56,799 nt of DNA from Candidatus Kaiserbacteria bacterium RIFCSPHIGHO2_02_FULL_49_34 (GTDB lineage: Bacteria; Patescibacteriota; Minisyncoccia; Phycocordibacterales; UBA918): the NCBI GenBank assembly GCA_001781205.1, contig MFLE01000018.1, positions 1 to 56,799 of the forward strand, in the 5' to 3' direction. Shown piece by piece: positions 35,542 through 45,100 of this stretch. The notes below the pieces were generated by a model, which saw only the letters and a list, made by a program, of their open reading frames with translations, was not told the DNA's origin and did not search any database. Position numbers and translations under genes: made by a program. Positions within the stretch are counted from its first letter, which is position 1, and the number at the start of each line of letters is the position of its first letter.

Positions 35542-36609
35542 ATGATAGATATTGTGAAGCGAAGCGTTCGTTATGCTGAATATGTGGAGCACTACATCAC
35601 AATACCTCGTGGTGTTTTGAGTAAGGAGGAGTTTGCACGGATGCTACAAGAGTTGGAGGATGAGAGAATACAGGTGATGCGTGCCGATTTCTTTGGTGGC
35701 GCTGCCAGCGACGCCGTTGTTCTCTATGAACATTTCCATAAAAGTATCCCTTCCTTGTTGTTATCAGATTCAGAAGCTCAGGATACGACAATGGGTGTAT
35801 GCCTTTATGGAGTACAGTCTCTTGCGGGAGGGGAAGTAGTATACCACACAAGAGACAATGTGCTTGTTGGAGCAAGCTTTTCAGCAAGCGATCGTACTAT
35901 TGTGGTGCGTTCAGGAATGGGCAGCAAGATGCAATATACTGATTTTGAACAAGAGGCATACGAGGAATACCGTATCATATCAAATATGCTCCAGGACTAC
36001 TCACTTGAGCCTCGTCATATCTATAGATATTGGAATTATATGAGTGATATTGTGCGTTACTATCAGCCATTTAATACAGTACGGAATGAGTACTACGATA
36101 GACACACCATTAGAGACTATCCTGCAGCAACAGGTATTGAAGCACAGCTACCCAATACAAAAAATATCTTTATTGGTTTTGAGGCGATAACAGGAGATGG
36201 TGTCGGTATTCGAACTGTATCATCAGACATGCAGAGCGACGCATGGACATACGGTCCGCGGTTTTCTCGTGCGGTTGTGCTTGATTTTAAGCACGACAAT
36301 GTCAAAAAGATATATATTTCAGGAACGTCAACCATTGACCTGTACGGGAAATCAATTCTACAGGATGAGCCAGAAAAAAATGTTGCCTACGTCATCGCTT
36401 CAGTCGAACATCTTCTTGAAAAAGAGCAGCTTAACACGAACAACATCGTCAGCGCCTATGTCTATGCGGTAGATGATATGGTGCTTGGTTTTTTTGAAGC
36501 ACTCTATCGGACGAGGGGATACACCTTCCCCTACCTCGTGCTCCGAACGCCAATCTGTCGCAACGACCTGTTATTTGAAGTGGAGTGTATTGCTATATCA
36601 AATAGTTAA
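35542..36609 (+). CDS. FkbO/Hyg5 chorismatase-like protein (YjgF/Rid fold)
   Basis: RYWNY, PAATGI, YGPRFSRA, YISGTSTI, ICRNDLLFEVE motifs. Confidence 0.8.
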   Translation: MIDIVKRSVRYAEYVEHYITIPRGVLSKEEFARMLQELEDERIQVMRADFFGGAASDAVVLYEHFHKSIPSLLLSDSEAQDTTMGVCLYGVQSLAGGEVVYHTRDNVLVGASFSASDRTIVVRSGMGSKMQYTDFEQEAYEEYRIISNMLQDYSLEPRHIYRYWNYMSDIVRYYQPFNTVRNEYYDRHTIRDYPAATGIEAQLPNTKNIFIGFEAITGDGVGIRTVSSDMQSDAWTYGPRFSRAVVLDFKHDNVKKIYISGTSTIDLYGKSILQDEPEKNVAYVIASVEHLLEKEQLNTNNIVSAYVYAVDDMVLGFFEALYRTRGYTFPYLVLRTPICRNDLLFEVECIAISNS

Positions 36610-38095
36610 CATGCGAGGTAAGTTTGCGAAAATCTTTTAAGTTCAAATTTTCACCAAGGGGGATATCGCTCGTATAGCGTATTTTTTGTACGATCTTCCG
36701 TTCAGGAAAGCTGTAGAAATATATAAAATGATGACTGAGCAAGAAGAGATATTGTCCATCTGATGAGATCTCAATAGCTCGAATGGCAAAAGACTCAGTA
36801 TTTGTGTAGTTTAGAAAGTCATTAATATTTGATTGTCCAGAAAGAAGATCTTCTTCAATATCGTCATGATATAGCATTTCCATGGTGTCGGCATCTACAA
36901 AGAAAAGTCGGTTCGGTTGACCGAATGTGCATAAATAGCGCTTACCTTTGTATTTGAAGAATCTGTGTGTGGTAAAGCGATAGCCGTCGGGGTGTGAGAA
37001 AACGCCCTTTCTTTCCAACTTCTCGCCTGTGAAGGAAAATTCTTCAATAGCTGCAGGTCCGAGATATCCATGCTTGGGGAGCATAATGAAATTGTGTGAA
37101 GATATATACACAGTATTTGTTTCATCATCAATTTCAAAATGTGCAGGCATGCAGTTGGCCGTTCGATAAACTTCAAGTTTTTTTGTATCTAAATTGAGAA
37201 GTGTTATTTCTCCCTTATCAACCGAGAATGAGTAATCCTCGTCGTTGGCACATATCTCGAATAGATTTCTCCCCTTCGATTGCATGTATACAATAAAATC
37301 CTCATCATGTAAGATTGTGGTAAGAAAAGCATGTTCATCACCGGGGAGTGGTTCTTTGAATATTTTGTCGTGCAGTGCGCAAAAAGAACGATAGAGGCTT
37401 TTGTACATGAATCGAATGTACGGTCCTTCACCAGTAAAAACCTGTCCAGTTTTATTGTTTGTTAGGTTCGCAACAACAAATTTAGAGTTTAAAAGACAAT
37501 TTCCAATCTTTTTCGTAACATGAGGAGCTCGACCCTCTGCACGCTGCTCTGTGTATAACAGCTCGAACTCTGATAAATCTAAACGGGCACGATAAAAGAG
37601 AAGCTCTTTTTCATCAGCAGGACCACGTAGTGTAGCAGCTGAGAAATAGAAAAAGTCTGCATCGTCAGCGTCTTTGTATGCTGTACTGCAAATATTATAA
37701 ATATTTTTTCCGGTACTAGACGCTAAATCATTCGCGGTGTAAAGAATCATCTCGTTACGTGCGCGGTCAACATGATAAAAATATCTTGCTTGATCCACAA
37801 TGGTTAGAAAATGCTCATTATTAATTTTTAGTGAACAGTGGGGATTGTGTTGGAGTGAGCCGTTAAGTATCTCTTGGTCCTCGTGGTCTTCAATTTTTTT
37901 GATATTCTCAGGCAGATAGCTTACGGTATACTGTAATTCTTGCTTCTTGCAATCAAGAATGACAAAGGTGGGAAGAATGCGACGCTTGTCGCTATGGTGT
38001 GTGAGATAGAAAATAATCGGGTGCTCGAAAACCTCAAGCAGCTCTGGCTTGATGCGTACGGGCAGTACAAATGCTTCTGTCTTTAGATTGATCAT
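36593..38095 (-). CDS. Hypothetical 500-aa cytoplasmic protein, possibly beta-propeller
   Basis: Long ORF with short beta-strand-like repeats (e.g. IEISSDGQYLFL); His-containing motifs APH, PAH, SSH, TTH, TSH. Confidence 0.75.
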   Translation of the reverse strand: MINLKTEAFVLPVRIKPELLEVFEHPIIFYLTHHSDKRRILPTFVILDCKKQELQYTVSYLPENIKKIEDHEDQEILNGSLQHNPHCSLKINNEHFLTIVDQARYFYHVDRARNEMILYTANDLASSTGKNIYNICSTAYKDADDADFFYFSAATLRGPADEKELLFYRARLDLSEFELLYTEQRAEGRAPHVTKKIGNCLLNSKFVVANLTNNKTGQVFTGEGPYIRFMYKSLYRSFCALHDKIFKEPLPGDEHAFLTTILHDEDFIVYMQSKGRNLFEICANDEDYSFSVDKGEITLLNLDTKKLEVYRTANCMPAHFEIDDETNTVYISSHNFIMLPKHGYLGPAAIEEFSFTGEKLERKGVFSHPDGYRFTTHRFFKYKGKRYLCTFGQPNRLFFVDADTMEMLYHDDIEEDLLSGQSNINDFLNYTNTESFAIRAIEISSDGQYLFLLSHHFIYFYSFPERKIVQKIRYTSDIPLGENLNLKDFRKLTSHVNYLI

Positions 38096-38110
38096 AGTAT
38101 CAGTAATATT

Positions 38111-39841
38111 TTATTCATACATAGAATCCTTAATTGCATATATTTCATTTGCAAACGTCGGCACGAAGAATGTATTTGTCTCAGGATCGTAAGCTGCTTT
38201 GTTGGTGATTCGTTCAGTAAAATGTGACAGTGAAGTAACTTGTCCTGTCTCTGGATTTATTTCATAAAAGTGTCCGCTATTCTGCCCAATGTAGAGTCTG
38301 TCATCAATAATAATCGGACTTGCAAATATTCGCGCAGGAGTTTCATATTTCCATGCTGCTTCTCCCGTATCCCGATGGAAGGCATGTATGCATTTGTCGA
38401 GACCAGTGACAATAACGAGATTCTTATATAACATGGGTGTCGAATATATTCCGAAATATAAGTCATTATATTGCGCGCGGATATGTCCTGTTTTTATATC
38501 GCATACATAGACAGTACTTCTGCCATCATTCTGCTCATTCCCGCCTATACCGCCAAAAATAATACAGCCAGTTTCCTCATCTATGCAGGGTGCATATTTT
38601 ATTTCTAATATAGTCTCATGCTTCCAGAGAAGTTCGCCTGTCTTTGCGTTGAGTACATGTAGGTACTTGTCGTTCGAGCCGCACGCAATAATATTATATT
38701 TTTGCGAGTACGCTGGAGAACCATGTGTGAGGTATTCGCTGCGATATTCCCAGCGTTTTTTCCCCGTATGTACATCAATGGCAGTTACACCACCTTGTTT
38801 CTTGAAAAGTCCGTATTCCATGCCTGAAAATACAAGACCTAGTTTTTCAGAAAAACATGGTGAAGAACCTATCCAGTCCGCCTCCATAAAAATCCACTTT
38901 CGTTTCCCAGTTTCTGCATTCAGAAGGTAGAGATTGCCGTCATATGCACCGAAACATATAAAGGACTCTCCGCGATCATGGACAAGACATGGGGAAGAGA
39001 AAATGAGTTTTTTCTTTGAACCAAACGGCACCAAATGACTCCATTTTTCTTTTCCAGTCAAACTATCAAGGCATGTAAAATGGCCTGAGTCGGTACCAAA
39101 GTAAAGACTCTTGTTGAAGTAAAGTGGTGAAGATTTCGGAATTACATAAAAATAATTCGGCTTCGATCCTTTCCAGTGCCATGCGGTAGTGAAGTTGTTT
39201 GGGGTGAGTCGTGTAGTGATGTTCTTTATGTTGTGAAGGTCGAGCTGTGGTGCGGATTCTTTGATGTAAGGGTTAAGGTCATTAAGATCTAGAATAGAGT
39301 TAATATCTATATTTTTATCAGTGAAATATGAGTAGTGTGTGTGGTCCCGGAAGCGTACAATACTAAAAACTGACGCAATACTGAGGTTGTCGAGAGATGG
39401 TGTCTCCACGCGTAATTTTTCTAGTACCTCTATTTGACGAATAAAGCTATTGCCTGAATTCATGATGTCGTCAACGAGGATTACCTTTTTATTTTGTACC
39501 TCTCCCTCAACCATGGAAAGGAGTCCACGCTTACTACGAGACTTTCTAATATAAAAACCATTCACAGGCATGTTGAGCATCTTGCTCTTCATAACGATTG
39601 CTGCAACTAAAGATATTGCAGCTGTTTCAAGTCCGGCAACTTGAAACGGATACTGATCTGCATATCGTTCAAAAAAATCGGTTGCATAGCAATCAAGTAC
39701 CTCTGGACTTAGTGTTGCTTTTCTCAAATCAATAAGCCAGTGCTTTGGATTCTCATTATCAAGGTCTATCTGCTGTTTATCGGCAGTTGTGATGCATGCA
39801 TTCGCAATCTTTTCAGCAAAAAAAGTTTGTGTTTTGTTCAT
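38111..39841 (-). CDS. Type I phosphoribosyltransferase (PyrE-like) fused to PQQ-like beta-propeller
   Basis: FYIRK and PRPP loop VILVDDIMNSGNS; about 7-8 repeats SSP...G..D...L....TG..KW. Confidence 0.85.
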   Translation of the reverse strand: MNKTQTFFAEKIANACITTADKQQIDLDNENPKHWLIDLRKATLSPEVLDCYATDFFERYADQYPFQVAGLETAAISLVAAIVMKSKMLNMPVNGFYIRKSRSKRGLLSMVEGEVQNKKVILVDDIMNSGNSFIRQIEVLEKLRVETPSLDNLSIASVFSIVRFRDHTHYSYFTDKNIDINSILDLNDLNPYIKESAPQLDLHNIKNITTRLTPNNFTTAWHWKGSKPNYFYVIPKSSPLYFNKSLYFGTDSGHFTCLDSLTGKEKWSHLVPFGSKKKLIFSSPCLVHDRGESFICFGAYDGNLYLLNAETGKRKWIFMEADWIGSSPCFSEKLGLVFSGMEYGLFKKQGGVTAIDVHTGKKRWEYRSEYLTHGSPAYSQKYNIIACGSNDKYLHVLNAKTGELLWKHETILEIKYAPCIDEETGCIIFGGIGGNEQNDGRSTVYVCDIKTGHIRAQYNDLYFGIYSTPMLYKNLVIVTGLDKCIHAFHRDTGEAAWKYETPARIFASPIIIDDRLYIGQNSGHFYEINPETGQVTSLSHFTERITNKAAYDPETNTFFVPTFANEIYAIKDSMYE

Positions 39842-39848
39842 GATTCTT

Positions 39849-39877
39849 AGTATACATCAGTTAGCATTACGTATCAA
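39849..39877 (-). promoter_or_regulatory. Leaderless-type sigma70 promoter of the PRTase-propeller gene
   Basis: Minus strand TTGATA-17 nt-TATACT-7 nt-ATG. Confidence 0.65.
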
Positions 39878-40095
39878 TCTTCATCTATATGAGCTGATTA
39901 GACCGCTATAGATAAGAATTAGTTGTCACCCCCCCCCCGTAACCTTTTGCTGTTCAAGCATTTATGTGGGTAACAATTAGGATACCTAACTACTAGCACA
40001 ACTAACATGTTGCCCACACAAAACTCTGAAGAATCAAAATAATTACCAATACTTTTGCCGTGTCACGGTGTATGCATTCAAATCAAAAAAACAAT

Positions 40096-40135
40096 AAAAA
40101 ACCAAACAAACTATTGCGGAGTCGTTTGGTTTTTT
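40096..40135 (-). terminator. Intrinsic terminator-like hairpin
   Basis: AAAAAACCAAAC...GTTTGGTTTTTT after the hisS operon. Confidence 0.6.
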
Positions 40136-40164
40136 AACTGAGCACGCGTGACTTGGCGCCTTTA

Positions 40165-40740
40165 TCAAAACATAAGCGTATGTGTCATTGGTGCATCTTC
40201 GCGGACTTTCCAGAGGGTGGTGTCGATAGGGATTTCTATTTTCTTGGTGCCTTGCTTGACGTAGACTTTTCCATGCTCCATGGCGTGATCAAAGACTTGC
40301 TTGGTAACACGAACGTCTTGCTCACAGTACTTTTTAATATCGGCAATGTTGCCTTCTTTCCACCATTTAACGGCAATGAGTCCGTTGGCATTCTTCTTGG
40401 CGTTCACCGTTGCTGATGCGACGTCGTCGAGCTTAAGACGCTTTCCAAAGGAGTCCTGAATAGATGCCATAATGTCGATAGACTTCATTTGAGTAAGGTC
40501 GCCAGGGTAGTATTTGTTCAAAATCGGGATGTCGAAGTGGTTGCTGTTGTAGCCAACAAGTGCGTCACCAGCTTCGATGATTGGCCAAATAGTGTCGAGC
40601 TCACTGATATCGACGGTGGTGTACCTATCGGTGCCGGAGTCGTATACGGTGATAACGGAAATGTCGAGTGCCGCAGGGTCGCGTGACGCGACGTCCTGAA
40701 AGAGGTTTTGTGTTTCGATGTCGAAGACGATGTAGCGCAT
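40165..40740 (-). CDS. RNase H-like / DEDD 3'-5' exonuclease domain protein (YprB-like)
   Basis: VFDIET, GYNSNHFDIP, YCEQDV exonuclease motifs I-III; ATG 4 nt after hisS stop. Confidence 0.85.
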   Translation of the reverse strand: MRYIVFDIETQNLFQDVASRDPAALDISVITVYDSGTDRYTTVDISELDTIWPIIEAGDALVGYNSNHFDIPILNKYYPGDLTQMKSIDIMASIQDSFGKRLKLDDVASATVNAKKNANGLIAVKWWKEGNIADIKKYCEQDVRVTKQVFDHAMEHGKVYVKQGTKKIEIPIDTTLWKVREDAPMTHTLMF

Positions 40741-40744
40741 GGAA

Positions 40745-41983
40745 TTAAGAAAGGATTTTTTTAATAAGTTCTTCGGCAGTGCCAGATGTTTGTTCGCCTG
40801 AAGCGAGGTGTTTGAGAGCATACACACCTGATGCTATTTCGTCAGATCCGAGGATGAGGGCGAATTTTACCCCGTCGTCTCCAGCGTTACCGAGTTTTTT
40901 ACCGAGTTTACGATCGGTAGCGTCGACGATGGTAGTAATGCCTGTAGTGCGGAAGGTGTTTGCAAGAGCTATAACCTCTGTTGCTGTAGCTTCTTGGAGA
41001 GGAAGGATTGCGAGTGTTGCTGCTGAGTTCAGGGCTTCAGGGAGAAGATTGTGTGTCGTAAGGAAATTCACCATAGAGACATCTCCCATACCGAAGCCGA
41101 TGCCAGTGATAGGTTCGCCACCGAACATTTCGGTGAGGTTGTCGTAACGACCGCCTCCGCCGAGTGCGCGGGAGTTTTCTGGGTTCGTGTCGTAGATTTC
41201 AAAGACGAGACCGGTGTAGTAGTTGAAGCCGCGAACAATAGCAGGGTCGATAATGACATTCGTGAGGCCAAGATTATGGAGCGCTTGTACTGTTTGCGCG
41301 AGACGTGAATCAGCGGGGGGTGTCGGGAGGATAAAGGATGCTCCAATAATTTCTGCTGCCTCCGCATCAAACGCTTCTGCAGTAATTTTATTTTTCTTGT
41401 CGAGAAGCAAAAACATCGCACGCTTCTGCTCATCAGTGAGATTGAGTGAGTCAAAAACAGAATTCACAAAGCCGCGGTCATTAACACGAATCACAAATGT
41501 TTCAAGTGTTGCACCGAAATCTTTAAAGATATTTGCAACATACACGAGCATGTCGATGTCGCAGGCGATGGTGTTGTCACCGAAGACGTCGGCATTGAGC
41601 TGCCAGAATTCGCGCAAGCGTCCACGTTGTGGGCGTTCGTAGCGGTAAAGATTAGGGATAGAGTACCAACGAATAGGGAAGTGTAAATCATGACGCTTGC
41701 CGGCAACCATACGTGCAACGGATGGTGTTAGCTCTGGACGAAGGGTTACTTCGCGGTCACCACGGTCTGTGAACGTGTAGGTTTGCTCGTTCACCATTTC
41801 TTCATTTTCTTGCCCCTTTGCTTTATAGAGAGCAGATGGCTCAAAAATAGACGCACCGAAGCATTCATACCCAAAACGTTCGGCAGTCTTCGCCCATCCA
41901 TCAAAAATATAGCGTTGCACCGCCATCTCCTTCGGGTAAAAGTCCCGCACACCTTTATACGGTTGTGTTGAAAGATATTCCAT
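40745..41983 (-). CDS. hisS: Histidine--tRNA ligase
   Basis: KGVRDF, LRPELT, YRYERPQRGRLREF, VRGFNYYTG, GGGRYD motifs. Confidence 0.96.
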   Translation of the reverse strand: MEYLSTQPYKGVRDFYPKEMAVQRYIFDGWAKTAERFGYECFGASIFEPSALYKAKGQENEEMVNEQTYTFTDRGDREVTLRPELTPSVARMVAGKRHDLHFPIRWYSIPNLYRYERPQRGRLREFWQLNADVFGDNTIACDIDMLVYVANIFKDFGATLETFVIRVNDRGFVNSVFDSLNLTDEQKRAMFLLLDKKNKITAEAFDAEAAEIIGASFILPTPPADSRLAQTVQALHNLGLTNVIIDPAIVRGFNYYTGLVFEIYDTNPENSRALGGGGRYDNLTEMFGGEPITGIGFGMGDVSMVNFLTTHNLLPEALNSAATLAILPLQEATATEVIALANTFRTTGITTIVDATDRKLGKKLGNAGDDGVKFALILGSDEIASGVYALKHLASGEQTSGTAEELIKKILS

Positions 41984-42039
41984 GTCGCTGAGTGTAGCAT
42001 AAAAGTTTTATTTTTTCACATTTTCTGATATGCTCGGGG

Positions 42040-42122
42040 AATGTTCGCTTTTGTGAACTTGTGGCTGATTTCCACACATTATACATGTACCGCTGATATC
42101 GGTACGATCAAAAGAAATTTCT
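42040..42122 (+). promoter_or_regulatory. ileS 5' leader with two tRNA-Ile anticodon-arm mimics
   Basis: TGTGG-CTGATTT-CCACA (42060-42076) and GTACCG-CTGATAT-CGGTAC (42087-42105); extended -10 TGATATGCT at 42026-42034. Confidence 0.65.
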
Positions 42123-45100
42123 ATGAATGAAAATAAAGTAAGCGACGTTGCACGTCGCGAAGAAGAGATGCTCCAGTTTTGGCGTGAGCATGACATCTTT
42201 CAGAAGAGTATTGCAAAGGATGCACCGAACGGGCAGTTCACCTTTTATGATGGGCCACCGTTTGCAACAGGGCTTCCACACTATGGGCACTTGCTCGCGG
42301 GTACTATCAAGGATGCCATTCCACGTTTCTGGACGATGAATGGCTACAGCGTTCCTCGACGTTGGGGATGGGATTGTCATGGTCTTCCCCTTGAGAATCT
42401 CATTGAGAAGAAGCTCGGACTTGCGACAAAGCGCGATATTGAAACCTACGGCGTAAAGAATTTTAACGAAGCAGCTCGCGGTGCGGTTCTTGAGTATGCC
42501 GATGAGTGGCGCAAGATTGTGCCGCGTATGGGGCGCTTTGTGGATATGGAGGATGACTATCGCACCATGGATGCGAGCTACAGTGAAAGTGTATGGCATG
42601 TGTTCAGCGAGCTCCATAAAAAAGGACTCGTGTACGAAGGCTTTAAGTCAATGCACCTCTGTCCGCGTTGTGGGACAACACTTTCAAACTTTGAAGTGAA
42701 TCAAGGCTACCGCGACATCAAAGATATTTCGGTGTATGTAAAATTGCCACTTGTTGAAAGTCCTGATACCTCACTTTTGGTGTGGACGACGACACCGTGG
42801 ACATTGCCTGGCAACATGGCTGCGGCAATTCACCGTGAGGCACTGTATGTTGCAGTTTCAATTACGGTAGAAGAAAAGACAGAGAGTGTAATTGTTGCGA
42901 AGGCTCGATTCGAATCGCTCTTTGCTGGTGCACAAAACGCAACCATTGTTCGTGAATTTCCAGGTAGTGAACTCGAAGGGAAGGCATACATGCCGCCGTT
43001 CGATTATTTCAAGAATCAAGAGATTCCGAATATCGAAAACGCGTGGAAGATTTGGCATGCAGACTATGTTGATGTCGAAGGAGCTGGAACTGGTGCAGTA
43101 CATATCGCGCCAGCATATGGTGAAGACGATATGCAGCTTGGCAAAGCGAATAATATTCCGCTCGTGCACCACGTTGACCCCGATGGTCGCTTCAAAGCGC
43201 TTGTTACGGATTGGGCAGGATATATTGTAAAGCCGAAAGATGATGCTGATGCGGAGGTTTCGCACCTTGATACGGATATTGAAATCGTGCGTGCGCTTGC
43301 GCAGAAAGGAGTGCTCTTTAAGAAAGAGAATATCACGCACTCGTATCCACATTGTTGGCGCTGTGAGACGCCGCTCCTTAATTACGCGACAACGTCATGG
43401 TTTGTAGAGGTAACGAAGATTAAGGATCAGCTTGTTGCAGCAAACAATACCGTGAACTGGGTGCCAGAACATGTTGGTGTCGGACGCTTTGGCAAATGGC
43501 TCGAAGGCGCACGAGACTGGGCGGTTTCTCGTCAGCGCTATTGGGGTGCACCGTTGCCTATTTGGCGCAATCCAGAAACAAAAGAATGGAAAGTGTTCGG
43601 CTCATTCAAAGAGCTTCTTGCGCAGGTGCCACAGAGTGGTTCGCAGTACTTCCTTATGCGTCATGGTGAAGCGGAAGCGAACACAAAGAATGTGACGCAG
43701 ACAAAAATTGAGGTTGCAAATCCACTTACCAAAAACGGTCGAAAGGTGGCGCAGGCCAGCGCTTCATCACTTAAGGATAAAGGCATTGACCTCATCATTG
43801 CGTCACCTTTTGAGCGTACGAAGGAAACCGCGCAGATTGTTGCTCGTGAACTTGGACTGGATGGCACTTCGATTGTCTATGACGACCGCATTGCGGAAAT
43901 TAAAGTCGGCGAGTTTGATGGAAAGTCTATTGACGAGTACCATGCGTTCCTTAATGCATCGGGTGATTGGTATACTGCAGCTCCCGAGGAAGGTGAGTCA
44001 CATCAAGCAGTACGTCGCCGTGTCGGAGCGTTCTTGCATGATATTGATACAAAATATGCAGGGAAGCGTGTGCTGATTGTTTCGCACAACTCCCCGCTTA
44101 ATGTACTTCGTGCGATGTTGCACGAAGACGGCGCGCTTCCTGAAGTGTTTGATCATACACATGCTGGACGAACATTTACCCATGGTGAGATGCTCGAAGG
44201 AACATTCACGAAGTATCCGCACAACGACGATTATGTGCTGGATGTGCATCGTCCGTATATCGATGACCTCGACGTGCGTGATGAAAACGGTACACGCCTC
44301 GAACGTGTACCAGACGTCTTTGACTGCTGGTTTGAATCAGGTTCGATGCCCTACGGACAACAGCATTATCCGTTTGAGAACACTGACCGTTTTGATGCGA
44401 CAACAGGACTCGGCTTCCCCGCAGACTTCATTGCGGAAGGGCTTGACCAAACCCGCGGCTGGTTCTACTCACTCATCGTGCTCGGTACGGCACTCTTTGG
44501 CAAGTCGCCATTCAAACATGTGGTTGTGAATGGTCTCGTGCTCGCGGAAGATGGACGTAAAATGTCGAAGTCGCTTCGAAATTATCCCGACCCAATGGAA
44601 CTTGTTGATAGACTTGGTGCCGACGCAATGCGGCTCTATCTCCTTACCTCGCCAATTGTGCGCGGCGAAGACTTGAACTTCTCAGAGAAGGGTGTTATGG
44701 AAATTCAGCGCAAGACTATCGGGCGTCTGCATAATGTGCTCCAGATGTACGAAATGTACACTGATGGCACGAAGACATCTTCGCAATCATCGCAGGTGCT
44801 CGACCGCTGGATGGTCGCGGTGCTCTCGGATGCTATTCGTACTTCGACCGAAGCATACAAGACCTATGAGCTCGACAAAGCGACTCGTCCGATTCTTGAT
44901 GTGATTGACGACCTTTCGGTCTGGTATCTTCGTCGTTCACGCGACCGACTTAAGGGCGATGACCTTGCCGACAAACAGGCAGCGCTCGCTACCTTGCGAT
45001 ATACACTCAAAACGACTGCGCTTCTTATGGCTCCCGTTATGCCATTTTACGCAGAATACCTCTATCAAAAAGTTCGTGATGAGAGCGACCCAGAAAGTGT

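Larger units (their letters stand above)
35376..40135. other. Putative horizontally acquired three-gene island downstream of tRNA-Arg
   Basis: Visibly AT-richer than flanks, next to a tRNA 3' end, non-housekeeping genes; no integrase or clear attR seen. Confidence 0.6.

Noticed and set aside
35376-40165. Intact integrative element at tRNA-Arg
   Set aside because: No integrase, and no convincing copy of the tRNA 3' end at the right boundary (only GAGCAC near 40140)
42000-42122. T-box riboswitch upstream of ileS
   Set aside because: No TGGnACC T-box bulge or recognisable stem I; the loops carry the anticodon GAU rather than a specifier codon in T-box context
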